Source of the DNA: Bacteroidaceae bacterium
GTDB lineage: Bacteria > Bacteroidota > Bacteroidia > Bacteroidales > Bacteroidaceae
Direction: 5' to 3'
NCBI GenBank assembly: GCA_045616905.1
Contig: JAZLHP010000060.1
Coordinates: 23,166-87,165 of the forward strand
Length of the DNA: 64,000 nt
Shown here piece by piece: positions 19,301-26,991 of this stretch (within the stretch, counting starts at the first letter, position 1; each line of letters opens with the position of its first letter). A model generated the notes under the pieces. It had not been told where the DNA came from. It saw only the letters and a program-made list of their open reading frames with translations, and did no database searches. A program made the position numbers and the translations under genes.

Positions 19301-19876
19301 TTCGTGATCGTATTCCAACTCAGGGTCAATGAAAGTAGTGTTGACATTGTTTTCAACACCAAAGAACTTTTCAGGGATACCGAACTTACCTATAAGACCT
19401 TCATAACCCAACTCGAATGTGTTGCCACCGAGGTCAGTTACTGTCCAGAAAGAATAAGGACGAGTATCAGCTCCGTCAACCCAAATTTCACTCTGACCGT
19501 CAGCAGTCAGGTAATTTGAAGTTGACTTGTTAGCGAAAGAATAGCAAGGATTGCTGTCTTCATCCAATTCACCTGACTCAGCAATGAGCCATTTGTAGCC
19601 GTTTACTGTAGCTCCATTAGTGCCTTTCTTCAATTCAATGAGTGTGGCATTGTCATTTGGACCAGTTGAATTACTCTTTACAACACAGGCACGAGTGCCC
19701 CAGTAGTTACCACCTGTCAAGAAGGCAGCACTTTCAACATTGTAAAGGTAAACAATTTCTTCAGCAGCGACTGCATCAGTAAAGCTTGTGTAAGTTACAA
19801 CAGGCTTCTTTGGCTGTGCAAATACGCTAACCGATGCAAGCATTGCGCCTGCAAGAAGAAGTAATGTTTTCTTCAT
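16304..19876 (-). CDS. Large acidic secreted protein with three internally repeated beta-sandwich (CBM/galactose-binding-like) modules and a T9SS CTD
   Basis: Signal peptide MKKTLLLLAGAMLASVSVFAQ. Three modules each begin with a W-T/S-Q/K motif (GPWTQKF, GTGWTQAF, GAWSWTK) and end in NW/WW...F-x-L-x-Y-x-G (NWMAFKKTSLMYYG, WWALWSNFKLTYEG, ARWFYCDNFSLQYLG). C-terminal EIFSVTGAKLNATQKGINIVKMSNGQVKKVYIK is T9SS CTD-like. Confidence 0.75.
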   Translation of the reverse strand: MKKTLLLLAGAMLASVSVFAQPKKPVVTYTSFTDAVAAEEIVYLYNVESAAFLTGGNYWGTRACVVKSNSTGPNDNATLIELKKGTNGATVNGYKWLIAESGELDEDSNPCYSFANKSTSNYLTADGQSEIWVDGADTRPYSFWTVTDLGGNTFELGYEGLIGKFGIPEKFFGVENNVNTTFIDPELEYDHEIDGETVKDLVSEGKFATTWALVSEEEYERVLPLLQAYYRYDGLALILADAKKEYPTLDFSAEQAVYDNATESTTIEELNAAITSIEKKIEDYKASLATFDDPMDFTSIIGDGSDVGPWTQKFTGSGTTGTWHTNSWSTEANDGADGTDMTIPFCEDWVGQGNKLSDQKIYQVLKNAAPGLYKFTADVRLYNEAGGIDKFEGIKMYFGDESINLGEECEMYKSGNKCVLWNKNYFTFITILEETGDIEFGFDLKDVNFNWMAFKKTSLMYYGNEDCEENALKLFYQTYEYEKSEDARANQSIIDDYNSAIDAFYSATDIPSAKAGLPAIEAAYKALNENIEAYDNLENAITDLDSKVSESESVGILVDMMIDLLDPNAGEDALEAFAEEDVPAEYIPAVTPWSLLEELNYDTKEVNDYISQLSSLWSYCLSNSLGEGQDCTELIKDADFKDKNGTGWTQAFKAGNLAWTGGFEVFPVAESWRSTFDIYQEVKAPDGIYSISLNGFARRESGSEQTVPAEIYLNDFATPLMNILDDQLPVEEAQDGYNCYLTKDAAGAYHDNPLFAENDKHSSPNNATDKTGDKGYYPDGMEGASIAFSADRYKATVYGIVEGGVMKIGVRNTSANWWALWSNFKLTYEGTNPEAVDAIGNALSQRALDVLDSDQAEYLPKTMKDALEEANAAVEDADEDVKYEKVMELNNVLKEVNPMIEAVSQFIEAQDAMGRAAEDNIETASAEAKAEYDELSILDYSTMTKKEIEDATAAMIKCAKKLRVPDTTGASPSNPVDMTQVIDDPELEGCAVNGDKLGAWSWTKNAGNGPVYPYDSETSSAVEFWCDPATNNKFSLTQKLAGLPAGTYQLTVEAGNSYNGVESLGNEGYAAVFAAVPDMDEAVEPIATITGEATETDSYTVEFYIPEGTDEVTIGVKTIGDLDARWFYCDNFSLQYLGADVPTAIEEASSAAAAKATEIFSVTGAKLNATQKGINIVKMSNGQVKKVYIK

Positions 19877-20268
19877 AATGATTGTTGTGGTTAGTTAATT
19901 AATAAAGTTATGTAAAAAAATTTTGTCTCTCTCTTTGCTAATAGCTACTTTCTCATACTCTCTTATATTATTTAAAATGTGTAAGATTCCGTAGCCAATT
20001 TTTATTACCGATTAAGTACAATAGGTCAATATGTAATTTTAATTGTGCAAATTACTTAAAAACAAATGAAATATCAAAATAAATAAAGAAAAATATTACT
20101 TTTAGATATAATTTTAACATTTACAACAGGTAAAGTACACCAATATTGTAACATTTGTTTTTATTTGAGTAACAAATTGTGGGATTCAACTGAAAGAAAA
20201 AGAAATTTCTTCTAATAATTCCAATTTCTTTTAGTTGTAAGTGAAGCATCGGGACATAAAATTATTTC

Positions 20269-20306
20269 TGTCGCGATGTAGCAATATTTTTGTCGTGACG
20301 TAGCAA
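20269..20306 (+). repeat. Direct repeat TGTCGyGAyGTAGCAA x2 with 22-bp period (iteron-like)
   Basis: TGTCGCGATGTAGCAA (20269-20284) and TGTCGTGACGTAGCAA (20291-20306). A GC-rich island within the AT-rich gap, 19 bp left of the first DnaA box. Confidence 0.7.
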
Positions 20307-20324
20307 ACTGGTCACTAACCACAG

Positions 20325-20679
20325 TTATCAACACCCCATGTTGATAACCTTGTTGATTTCTTGTTGAAAAGTATTAATAACTTTTTTTGGAAGTTATGGG
20401 ATAATTTTTAAACACAAATTGATTTGAAACGACCAAGAAAAGTTATTATTTTTTATCATTTTTCTTTCTACTGGTTTTATACATGTTATCCACATGCTTT
20501 TCCACAAGTTAAGGGTTTGAAAACTTTTATCAACAATGTGTTAATAATACATCCTTTCTATTGTTTTACAACGGATTAGCATGTTAATAATCTATGACTC
20601 TGTGATGATAATGGTTGCACCTCGAAATAATAAGTTAATAACCAAATTTTTCAGTGAAAAGTTATCCCCACTATCCACA
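20325..20679. other. DnaA-box cluster, candidate oriC core
   Basis: Perfect box TTATCCACA at 20486-20494. One-mismatch boxes: TTATCAACA 20325-20333 and 20527-20535, TGTTGATAA (inverted) 20339-20347, TTTTCCACA 20498-20506, TTATCCCCA 20662-20670, CTATCCACA 20671-20679. An A/T-only tract follows at 20680-20870. Confidence 0.5.
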
Positions 20680-20872
20680 ACCTATAATCATTATCATTTT
20701 TTTAAAAATTTAAAAAACTAATATAATAATTATATGAGAAAGTCTTAACTCCATTTGAAAGAAAGAATAATTATATGAAGCGCGAGCGCTTAGAAGTTTT
20801 TACAGAAATTAAAAGAAATTATATTCAGAAATATCCAAAAATTTAAAATTAAAATAAATAATTTTTGTTTCA

Positions 20873-20900
20873 TAAAAAAAGCCTGAGGTTGACCCCAGGC
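20873..20900 (-). terminator. Intrinsic terminator of the inositol-phosphate synthase gene
   Basis: The minus strand reads GCCUGGGGUCAACCUCAGGC followed by U7. The stem has one mismatch. Confidence 0.6.
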
Positions 20901-20928
20901 TTTATAATGTATTTGATAGAAGAAAGTT

Positions 20929-22233
20929 TTAGTCGATTTCTTCGTCTGCTTCGTATCCACCCATTTCGCGGATTGCGTTCTTGAGCATTGTGTATTGCTG
21001 GAAGAGGTGGTTGATTGGTTCCTCGTTCTGTGTGTAGTCGTGCATAGGAGCTTTGAGGTAGAAGCTTAGGAAGCGCTGGATTCCGCTTCTGCCGGCACGT
21101 GCAGCGAGGTCGCTGAGGAGGCAGAGGTCGAGAAGGAGTGGTGCTGCGAGGATTGAGTCACGGCAGAGGAAGTTTATTTTGATCTGCATTGGGTATCCCA
21201 TCCATCCGAAGATGTCGATGTTGTCCCATCCTTCTTTGTTGTCGTTGCGTGGTGGGTAGTAGTTGATGCGCACCTTGTGGTAGTAGTCGGTGTAGAGATC
21301 TGGCTGATTGTCGGCAACGAGGATGCTTTCGAGTGTTGAGAGCTTGCTGACCTCCTTAGTGCGGAAGTTAGCTGGCTCGTCGAGTACAAGTCCGTCGCGG
21401 TTGCCGAGTATGTTTGTTGAGAACCATCCGTTCAATCCGAGGCATCGTGTGCCGATGATTGGTGCGAATCCTGACTTCACGAGTGTCTGTCCTGTCTTGA
21501 AGTCCTTGCCAGCGATTGGCATTCCTGTCTTCTCTGCCATTTCCCACATTGCAGGGATGTCAACAGTTGTGTTTGGTGCTCCCATGATGAATGGTGCGCC
21601 TTCTGCGAGTGCTGCGTATGCGTAGCACATTGATGGTGCTATGTTGACGGTGTCGTTAGCCTTCATTGCTGCCTCGAGGTGCTCGAGTGTGTCGTGTACC
21701 TCCATGTTAGGTGCAACGTAGATTTCTGTTGATGCTGCCCATGCAACGACCACGCGTGAGCAGTTGTTGTCTGCCTTGAACTTGCGGATGTCGGCACGAA
21801 GCTCTTCTACCATGTCCCAACGTGTTGCACACTGCTTCACGTTGTCGCCATCGAGACGCTTAGCGAAGTTCTTGTCGAATGCTGCCTTGAAAGGTACAAT
21901 CTTCTCGAGTTCGTCCTTAACAGGCATGATGTCCTTTTCCTTGAGAACCTCAGCGTACATTGCACTCTGGAATGCGTTGGCTGGATAGACGTCCCATGCT
22001 CCGAACACGATGTCGTCGAGCTGTGCGAGTGGTACTATTTCAGAGTATGAGAGGTATTTCTTATCTGCACCTTTTCCTACGCGGATCTTGTCGTATTGTG
22101 TCATTGAACCAACAGGCTTTGAGAGGCCCTTGCGTGCCATGAGTACACCTGTCATGAAAGTAGAGGTTACGGCTCCTAAGCCGACAACCATTATGCCTAA
22201 TTTACCTTCGGCTGGCTTTACGTTTGATTTCAT
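20929..22233 (-). CDS. ino1: myo-Inositol-1-phosphate synthase (inositol-3-phosphate synthase)
   Basis: GIMVVGLGAVTSTFMTGV Rossmann start, ...SRVVVAWAASTE..., ...KDFKTGQTLVKS..., ...NILGNRDG... are typical of bacterial/archaeal MIPS. Start moved to MKSNVK (22233) because a TAAATTTG -7 box occupies 22261-22268. Confidence 0.9.
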   Translation of the reverse strand: MKSNVKPAEGKLGIMVVGLGAVTSTFMTGVLMARKGLSKPVGSMTQYDKIRVGKGADKKYLSYSEIVPLAQLDDIVFGAWDVYPANAFQSAMYAEVLKEKDIMPVKDELEKIVPFKAAFDKNFAKRLDGDNVKQCATRWDMVEELRADIRKFKADNNCSRVVVAWAASTEIYVAPNMEVHDTLEHLEAAMKANDTVNIAPSMCYAYAALAEGAPFIMGAPNTTVDIPAMWEMAEKTGMPIAGKDFKTGQTLVKSGFAPIIGTRCLGLNGWFSTNILGNRDGLVLDEPANFRTKEVSKLSTLESILVADNQPDLYTDYYHKVRINYYPPRNDNKEGWDNIDIFGWMGYPMQIKINFLCRDSILAAPLLLDLCLLSDLAARAGRSGIQRFLSFYLKAPMHDYTQNEEPINHLFQQYTMLKNAIREMGGYEADEEID

Positions 22234-22260
22234 TTCTATTTTTTTAGTTAAAATTATGTG

Positions 22261-22268
22261 CAAATTTA
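22261..22268 (-). promoter_or_regulatory. -7 promoter box TAAATTTG for ino1
   Basis: TAnnTTTG match 27 nt upstream of ATG 22233. Confidence 0.45.
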
Positions 22269-22356
22269 ATACAAAAATTCTTTATTAGGTTGTTCTTTTG
22301 TATATTAATATTGTCCAATATGGAACAATAATATTTTTTTTAGTATTTTTTAAAAG

Positions 22357-22545
22357 TTAAAGGCGGCTTATGAAGTCTTTCTTTATTTCAGATAGTTTGT
22401 CTTCTGACAGGTTTGGGAAGTGTTTTCTTATTACTTCGTCGAATGCCTGTTGTGCAATGACTCGCATCTGTGCCTTACCTGCACGAAGTCCTGAGGATAG
22501 TTCAGTCTTGGGCAGCAGTTGCCTGTTGAAATTTCCGTCGCTCAT
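22357..22545 (-). CDS. Hypothetical small hydrophilic protein (62 aa)
   Basis: The ATG lies 2 nt after the stop of the upstream barrel gene (TAAGTATG), which suggests co-transcription. I recognise no family. Confidence 0.4.
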   Translation of the reverse strand: MSDGNFNRQLLPKTELSSGLRAGKAQMRVIAQQAFDEVIRKHFPNLSEDKLSEIKKDFISRL

Positions 22546-22547
22546 AC

Positions 22548-23945
22548 TTATTTTCCGAATGGGAAGTTAATGCCTACGCTGAAACTGCTGTTCTTTGCTA
22601 AAGGAACGCCTTGCTTTGCTATGTTGAAGAATGTGTGATCCATTCCTGCGAAGATGTTGAATCCTCTTGGGTGGAAGTTGAGGAGCCATCCGAAGCTTGC
22701 TCCGAATGTGCCTGCTGACACGCTTGCTGATGCTGAGAAGATGTTGGTAGGTGAGACGTTGGCGCTCAGACGGAAGTCTGTCCAGCTGTACTTACCTGCC
22801 ATGCGTGTGCTGTTGAGGAATCCGAAGGAGAGCTTGTCGTAGAAGTCGGGTGTGTATTCGACTCCGAGGTTCATGGTTGCTGCGAGTGCCTTGCTTCGGC
22901 TGCCCTGGTTGCCTTTGTTGTGGATTTCGTAGAGGTCGGCAAGTCCTTCGCCCATGCGGTCGAACTCACGCTCGAATGAGTTTTCTGCATCGTCGTCGGG
23001 ATTGAAGATGTAGTCGTTGGTGTTTATCTTCTGCTCTCCGTTGGTGGATGCGAGTATGTTGTTGTTCCAGCCGATGAAGCCAAGGTCAAGGAGTGATGCT
23101 GACACGCTCCAGTTGTCGTCAATCTTGTATTCGGCACCGAGATCAACGGCAAGTCCGAATCCGTTGAGCCCGAACTTGTCAACTTTAACGTCGCTGACGT
23201 AGGTGTGCTCGACTTCCTGTCCTTCGGCACCTCGCATCTTCTTCTTCTCTTCTAACGTGAGGTTCTTGATGCTTGCTTGCACTTCAGCATCGACGGTGCC
23301 GCTGAAACCACCGTTCTCATTGAGTTCAAGAATTGCCTTGTTGGCTTTTACATCCACGTTTCCAAGTCCTAAGAGTATCTTGAGCTTGGCACCAATGCGG
23401 AGGTTGTCGTTTAGCTGGTGGCTGTGGCCTAATGCGAGTTCGGTGTAGGCGTCGGCATGGATGGCAAGGTCTTTGATGTCGTAAGTCTTGTTGGCAGGAC
23501 CTTCCTTGGCAAGTCTGAGGAGTTCTCCCGGCACGTTAAGGCTTGCGTTCTCACGCACGTTGATTTCAAACGTGTTGTAGCCGTTCATTCCCTTGAATCC
23601 GAATCCGAGTACCTGCAGCTTGAGGTCTTCGGCAATCCTGTTCTTGTCTTTCACTCCCTTGAGGAACTCTTCGGTACTGACTTCTGGGTGCAGGAAGGTG
23701 GCTGTGCGTCCGTTGATATTGAAGAGTATCTGCTTGACACCGATGTTTCCTATCTTGCTTGCGTTGACATTGCCAATGCCTGGGAATGCCACGTAGCCTT
23801 GGTCATTGCCGAATGCAGGGTTGATTTCGTGGCGGTAGAGGTAGCCGTCGTTGAAGTAACCTGTGTTGAGGTTCTGAGAGTTTGCTGCGGTTGACATGAT
23901 GCTGAGTACAGCAGCAGTCATAGTATGTTTTATGTTGAAATTCAT
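22548..23945 (-). CDS. Putative outer-membrane beta-barrel protein (possibly DUF5723-like; from memory)
   Basis: Signal peptide. Alternating hydrophobic beta-strand pattern, Gly/Asn-rich. Ends in ...FSVGINFPFGK with an aromatic residue near the C-terminus. Confidence 0.55.
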   Translation of the reverse strand: MNFNIKHTMTAAVLSIMSTAANSQNLNTGYFNDGYLYRHEINPAFGNDQGYVAFPGIGNVNASKIGNIGVKQILFNINGRTATFLHPEVSTEEFLKGVKDKNRIAEDLKLQVLGFGFKGMNGYNTFEINVRENASLNVPGELLRLAKEGPANKTYDIKDLAIHADAYTELALGHSHQLNDNLRIGAKLKILLGLGNVDVKANKAILELNENGGFSGTVDAEVQASIKNLTLEEKKKMRGAEGQEVEHTYVSDVKVDKFGLNGFGLAVDLGAEYKIDDNWSVSASLLDLGFIGWNNNILASTNGEQKINTNDYIFNPDDDAENSFEREFDRMGEGLADLYEIHNKGNQGSRSKALAATMNLGVEYTPDFYDKLSFGFLNSTRMAGKYSWTDFRLSANVSPTNIFSASASVSAGTFGASFGWLLNFHPRGFNIFAGMDHTFFNIAKQGVPLAKNSSFSVGINFPFGK

Positions 23946-24008
23946 AATTTTGTACTATTTGGGTGTTTATTCATGTTTATAAATATATTAAAGGGAAGTT
24001 GATTGGAG

Positions 24009-25742
24009 TTAGAGTTCCTTGTCGTAGTATCCGCTAATCTTTACCTTGAATTTATTCATTTTAAGGTCCATTTCAGGGCTGAGAGTGTCTGTTGTCTTCT
24101 GCTTCATGTAAGCCTTGATAAGAATGCCGTCGAAGTGCTTGATTTCGCCTTTTACTGAAAGTTCTATTGGCTGTTCCTTTGCTTTTGCGTTCACCTTTGC
24201 TGTACTTGAGGTGACGTTAGGGATTACTTTTCCGTCAATTCCTATTGGCATGACCGTGAGATCCATGTCGAATGGAACATCAGTGCTGCCGTCGAATGTG
24301 ACGAGGATGTCTGAGATTGTGATGTTGTCAACCTCTTTGTCGTTCCATCCGTCGAGGGTGTCAGTATAGACGATTGACGATTCTTCGGTGAGGGTGAGTG
24401 GTGCGTAGAATGTGTAACTGCCCTTGATTGGTTCGTAAATCTTGCCGAGTTCGAGGTCGGTGACTGATTGAGCTGGAATCTTTTCGTCGATGAGCTGCAC
24501 CTTGACGGTGTTTGGTATTCCTTCTACATCGGCAAGAACGTGTCCTAATGTTGAGAACTGAACGTGCTTGATGTTGCTCACGTTCTTGTATGTGGTGTAG
24601 TAAGTATCTGGGTTCTTTGGCGAGAGCACGAAGTAGTTGTCGTTGACGCCTTTGTCGGTTGCAAGTATGTTTTCAGGCGAGTATTCGTGTGCCTGCTTGT
24701 CGCGCATAGTGGTGAGCTTGAACCCTGACTGAACGTAGAGGTCGTACTCTGACAATGGGTTGTTAACATTGAGGTAGAGCTGTGGGTTGTCGAGCACAAT
24801 CTTTGTGCCTGACTGATTGATGAGGTCAGGGATGTTGCTGAAGTTAACATCTTCTATCTTGGTGTCTTCAACTTCGTATTCAAGTTCTCCAGTAACTGTC
24901 TTGACGGTTATCTCGCTCATGTCTGGAATGTTGTGAATCTTGATGGTAGAAGGGAACTGGTTGTCAATGTTGACGATTATCTTGCCGTCGAGGACTTCGA
25001 ACTTGTCTTTGAGGGTAAGGTTGTGTTTATTGAGGTCGAGGTTGATGTTTGAATTTTCTACATCAATGCCTGTGATTTCGTACTTTATTTCAAATTCGCC
25101 GTTGTTGTCTGGCTTAATTTCAGGAATGGTGAGGATACCTGTTGACTTGTCGTAAGTGCCAATGCTTGGCGTTCCTTCAAATCCCTTTGGGTACTTGATG
25201 ACGAGGTTCTCAATGGTGACGTTGGCAAGCTGGTTCTTGTTGAGACCTTCAATCTTCACTTTGTTGGAGTAGCTTGCCTCGACTCCTAATCTCTTTATGT
25301 CAATGATTGAATTGTCAACATTGTCTGATGTGAAGTTGATTTCAGATGGTTCAATGTTGATGTCGTAGTATGCTGTGAAGCCTTGTGTTGCGGGGTTATC
25401 GGCATAGGTGATGTTGAGCTCGCTCGTTTTCTTTTCGGTTGATGGCTTGCTGGATGTGAAAATGTGTACATTAACAGGGTTGGATTTAAAGGTTCCTTCT
25501 TTCAAAATGGCGTATTGCTTCTTGCCATTGATAAGCTCTGTAATTATTTCGCTGTTGTCATTGATGTCGAGCACTTGGTCGAGGGTGACTTTCTCAATGT
25601 TCATAGGAACTACTAAGTCTTTCGTTACGAAACGTGCTGTGGTGTCAATGTCGCTTAAGTCGTAATTGTTGTCAACGCACGAAGAAAGAATGAGTGCTGT
25701 TGATGTTAATATACCTGTTGATAAGTACTTAATTAGTTTCAT
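24009..25742 (-). CDS. Hypothetical surface lipoprotein (577 aa)
   Basis: Lipobox ...ALILSSC followed by VDNNYDLSDID. Asn/Thr/Ile-rich beta-type sequence. 64 nt upstream of the barrel gene on the same strand. Confidence 0.65.
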   Translation of the reverse strand: MKLIKYLSTGILTSTALILSSCVDNNYDLSDIDTTARFVTKDLVVPMNIEKVTLDQVLDINDNSEIITELINGKKQYAILKEGTFKSNPVNVHIFTSSKPSTEKKTSELNITYADNPATQGFTAYYDINIEPSEINFTSDNVDNSIIDIKRLGVEASYSNKVKIEGLNKNQLANVTIENLVIKYPKGFEGTPSIGTYDKSTGILTIPEIKPDNNGEFEIKYEITGIDVENSNINLDLNKHNLTLKDKFEVLDGKIIVNIDNQFPSTIKIHNIPDMSEITVKTVTGELEYEVEDTKIEDVNFSNIPDLINQSGTKIVLDNPQLYLNVNNPLSEYDLYVQSGFKLTTMRDKQAHEYSPENILATDKGVNDNYFVLSPKNPDTYYTTYKNVSNIKHVQFSTLGHVLADVEGIPNTVKVQLIDEKIPAQSVTDLELGKIYEPIKGSYTFYAPLTLTEESSIVYTDTLDGWNDKEVDNITISDILVTFDGSTDVPFDMDLTVMPIGIDGKVIPNVTSSTAKVNAKAKEQPIELSVKGEIKHFDGILIKAYMKQKTTDTLSPEMDLKMNKFKVKISGYYDKEL

Positions 25743-25913
25743 GGTTATAGTTTTTTATGTTTTTCCATTTGCAAATATAATAATTTGTATTCTTAATTTT
25801 TAAGTTTTGTTATTATTTTATTAACAAATCATTACATATTTTTATTTCTGTGTTCGTAATAGTTAATTTTTCATTACTTTTGTATGGATTTTTAATGTTA
25901 ATAAGTTATCAAC

Positions 25914-26885
25914 ATGGTGTTAACAACTGATGAAATTTACATGAGGCGATGCATTCAATTGGCTCGCAACGGACAGCAGAACAGTCAACCTAATCCGATG
26001 GTGGGTGCGGTGATTGTGTATTTTGGTGATGATGATGAGGGCAGAATAATTGGCGAGGGTTATCATGTGCGTTGTGGTGAGGGTCATGCTGAGGTTAATG
26101 CTTGTGCTTCGGTAAAGCCGGAAGATGAGCATCTGCTGAGTGAATGCACCATTTACGTGAGTCTTGAGCCTTGCAGTCATCATGGCAAGACACCTCCTTG
26201 TGCTGACCTGCTCGTGAGAAAGCATTTCAAGAGATGCGTGATTGGTTGTCAGGATCCGTTTGCAAAGGTGCAGGGGCGCGGAATTAAGAAGCTGATGGAT
26301 GCCGGAATAGAGGTGAAGGTGGGTGTGCTGGAGGATGAGTGCAAGGAACTGAACAGTCGTTTCATGACGTTTCACGGCAAGCACCGTCCGTTTGTGACGC
26401 TGAAATGGGCTCAGTCGGCTGACGGGTTCATTGATGGTGGCATTTCAAATATTTTCACACAGATGCTTTGTCATAAAAGGAGGGCTGAGCATCAAGCAAT
26501 AATAGTGGGGCATGGTACTTACGACATTGACCACCCTACCCTGACGACTCGTGAATGGTACGGTCCTTCGCCTCGCAGATACGTGGTGGCTGAGAGTGAA
26601 GTGGTTGGATTGGCTGAGGGTTTCAGTCAGATAAGAAGTCATGAGGTGGCTGAAATATTGAATGTTCTGTATGAGGATGGCATTCAGACGGTTCTCGTTG
26701 AAGGTGGCGCTAAACTCCTTCAAGCGTTTATCGACAGCGGACTTTGGGATGAGTGCTTCGTGGAGAAAGGTATTGATAAAATAAATGGCAGTGTAGAAAA
26801 TCCTACACTACCATTGAATGATTGCTCTGTTTCTGAAGAAATATTTATGGGCAGAACTATTCTGAAAGCAAAAATGCGAGAATGA
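25914..26885 (+). CDS. ribD: Bifunctional riboflavin biosynthesis deaminase/reductase
   Basis: CMP/dCMP deaminase zinc motifs HAEVNA and PCSHHGKTPPC, followed by an RibD_C-type reductase domain (RPFVTLKWAQSADG...). Confidence 0.9.
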   Translation: MVLTTDEIYMRRCIQLARNGQQNSQPNPMVGAVIVYFGDDDEGRIIGEGYHVRCGEGHAEVNACASVKPEDEHLLSECTIYVSLEPCSHHGKTPPCADLLVRKHFKRCVIGCQDPFAKVQGRGIKKLMDAGIEVKVGVLEDECKELNSRFMTFHGKHRPFVTLKWAQSADGFIDGGISNIFTQMLCHKRRAEHQAIIVGHGTYDIDHPTLTTREWYGPSPRRYVVAESEVVGLAEGFSQIRSHEVAEILNVLYEDGIQTVLVEGGAKLLQAFIDSGLWDECFVEKGIDKINGSVENPTLPLNDCSVSEEIFMGRTILKAKMRE

Positions 26886-26933
26886 CCCACTAAGGGAGCA
26901 CCCCCGGGGATGACCCAGGATATGACCCCTCTA

Positions 26934-26991
26934 AGGGAGAGGGGGACAAGGGGAACAAGAGGAACAGGGACAAGAGGAGAAGGGGAGAAGG
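26934..26991 (+). repeat. Purine-only degenerate tandem tract of about 8-nt period, GG(G/A)ACAAG units
   Basis: GGGAGAGGGGGACAAGGGGAACAAGAGGAACAGGGACAAGAGGAGAAGGGGAGAAGG. No T and only four C. Lies between convergent ribD and ybeY. Confidence 0.8.

Noticed and set aside
22234-22263. Ten-codon N-terminal extension of the MIPS ORF (MHIILTKKIE)
   Set aside because: A TAAATTTG -7 box occupies 22261-22268, so this stretch is most likely promoter and 5' UTR. MKSNVK (22233) fits the conserved N-terminus better.
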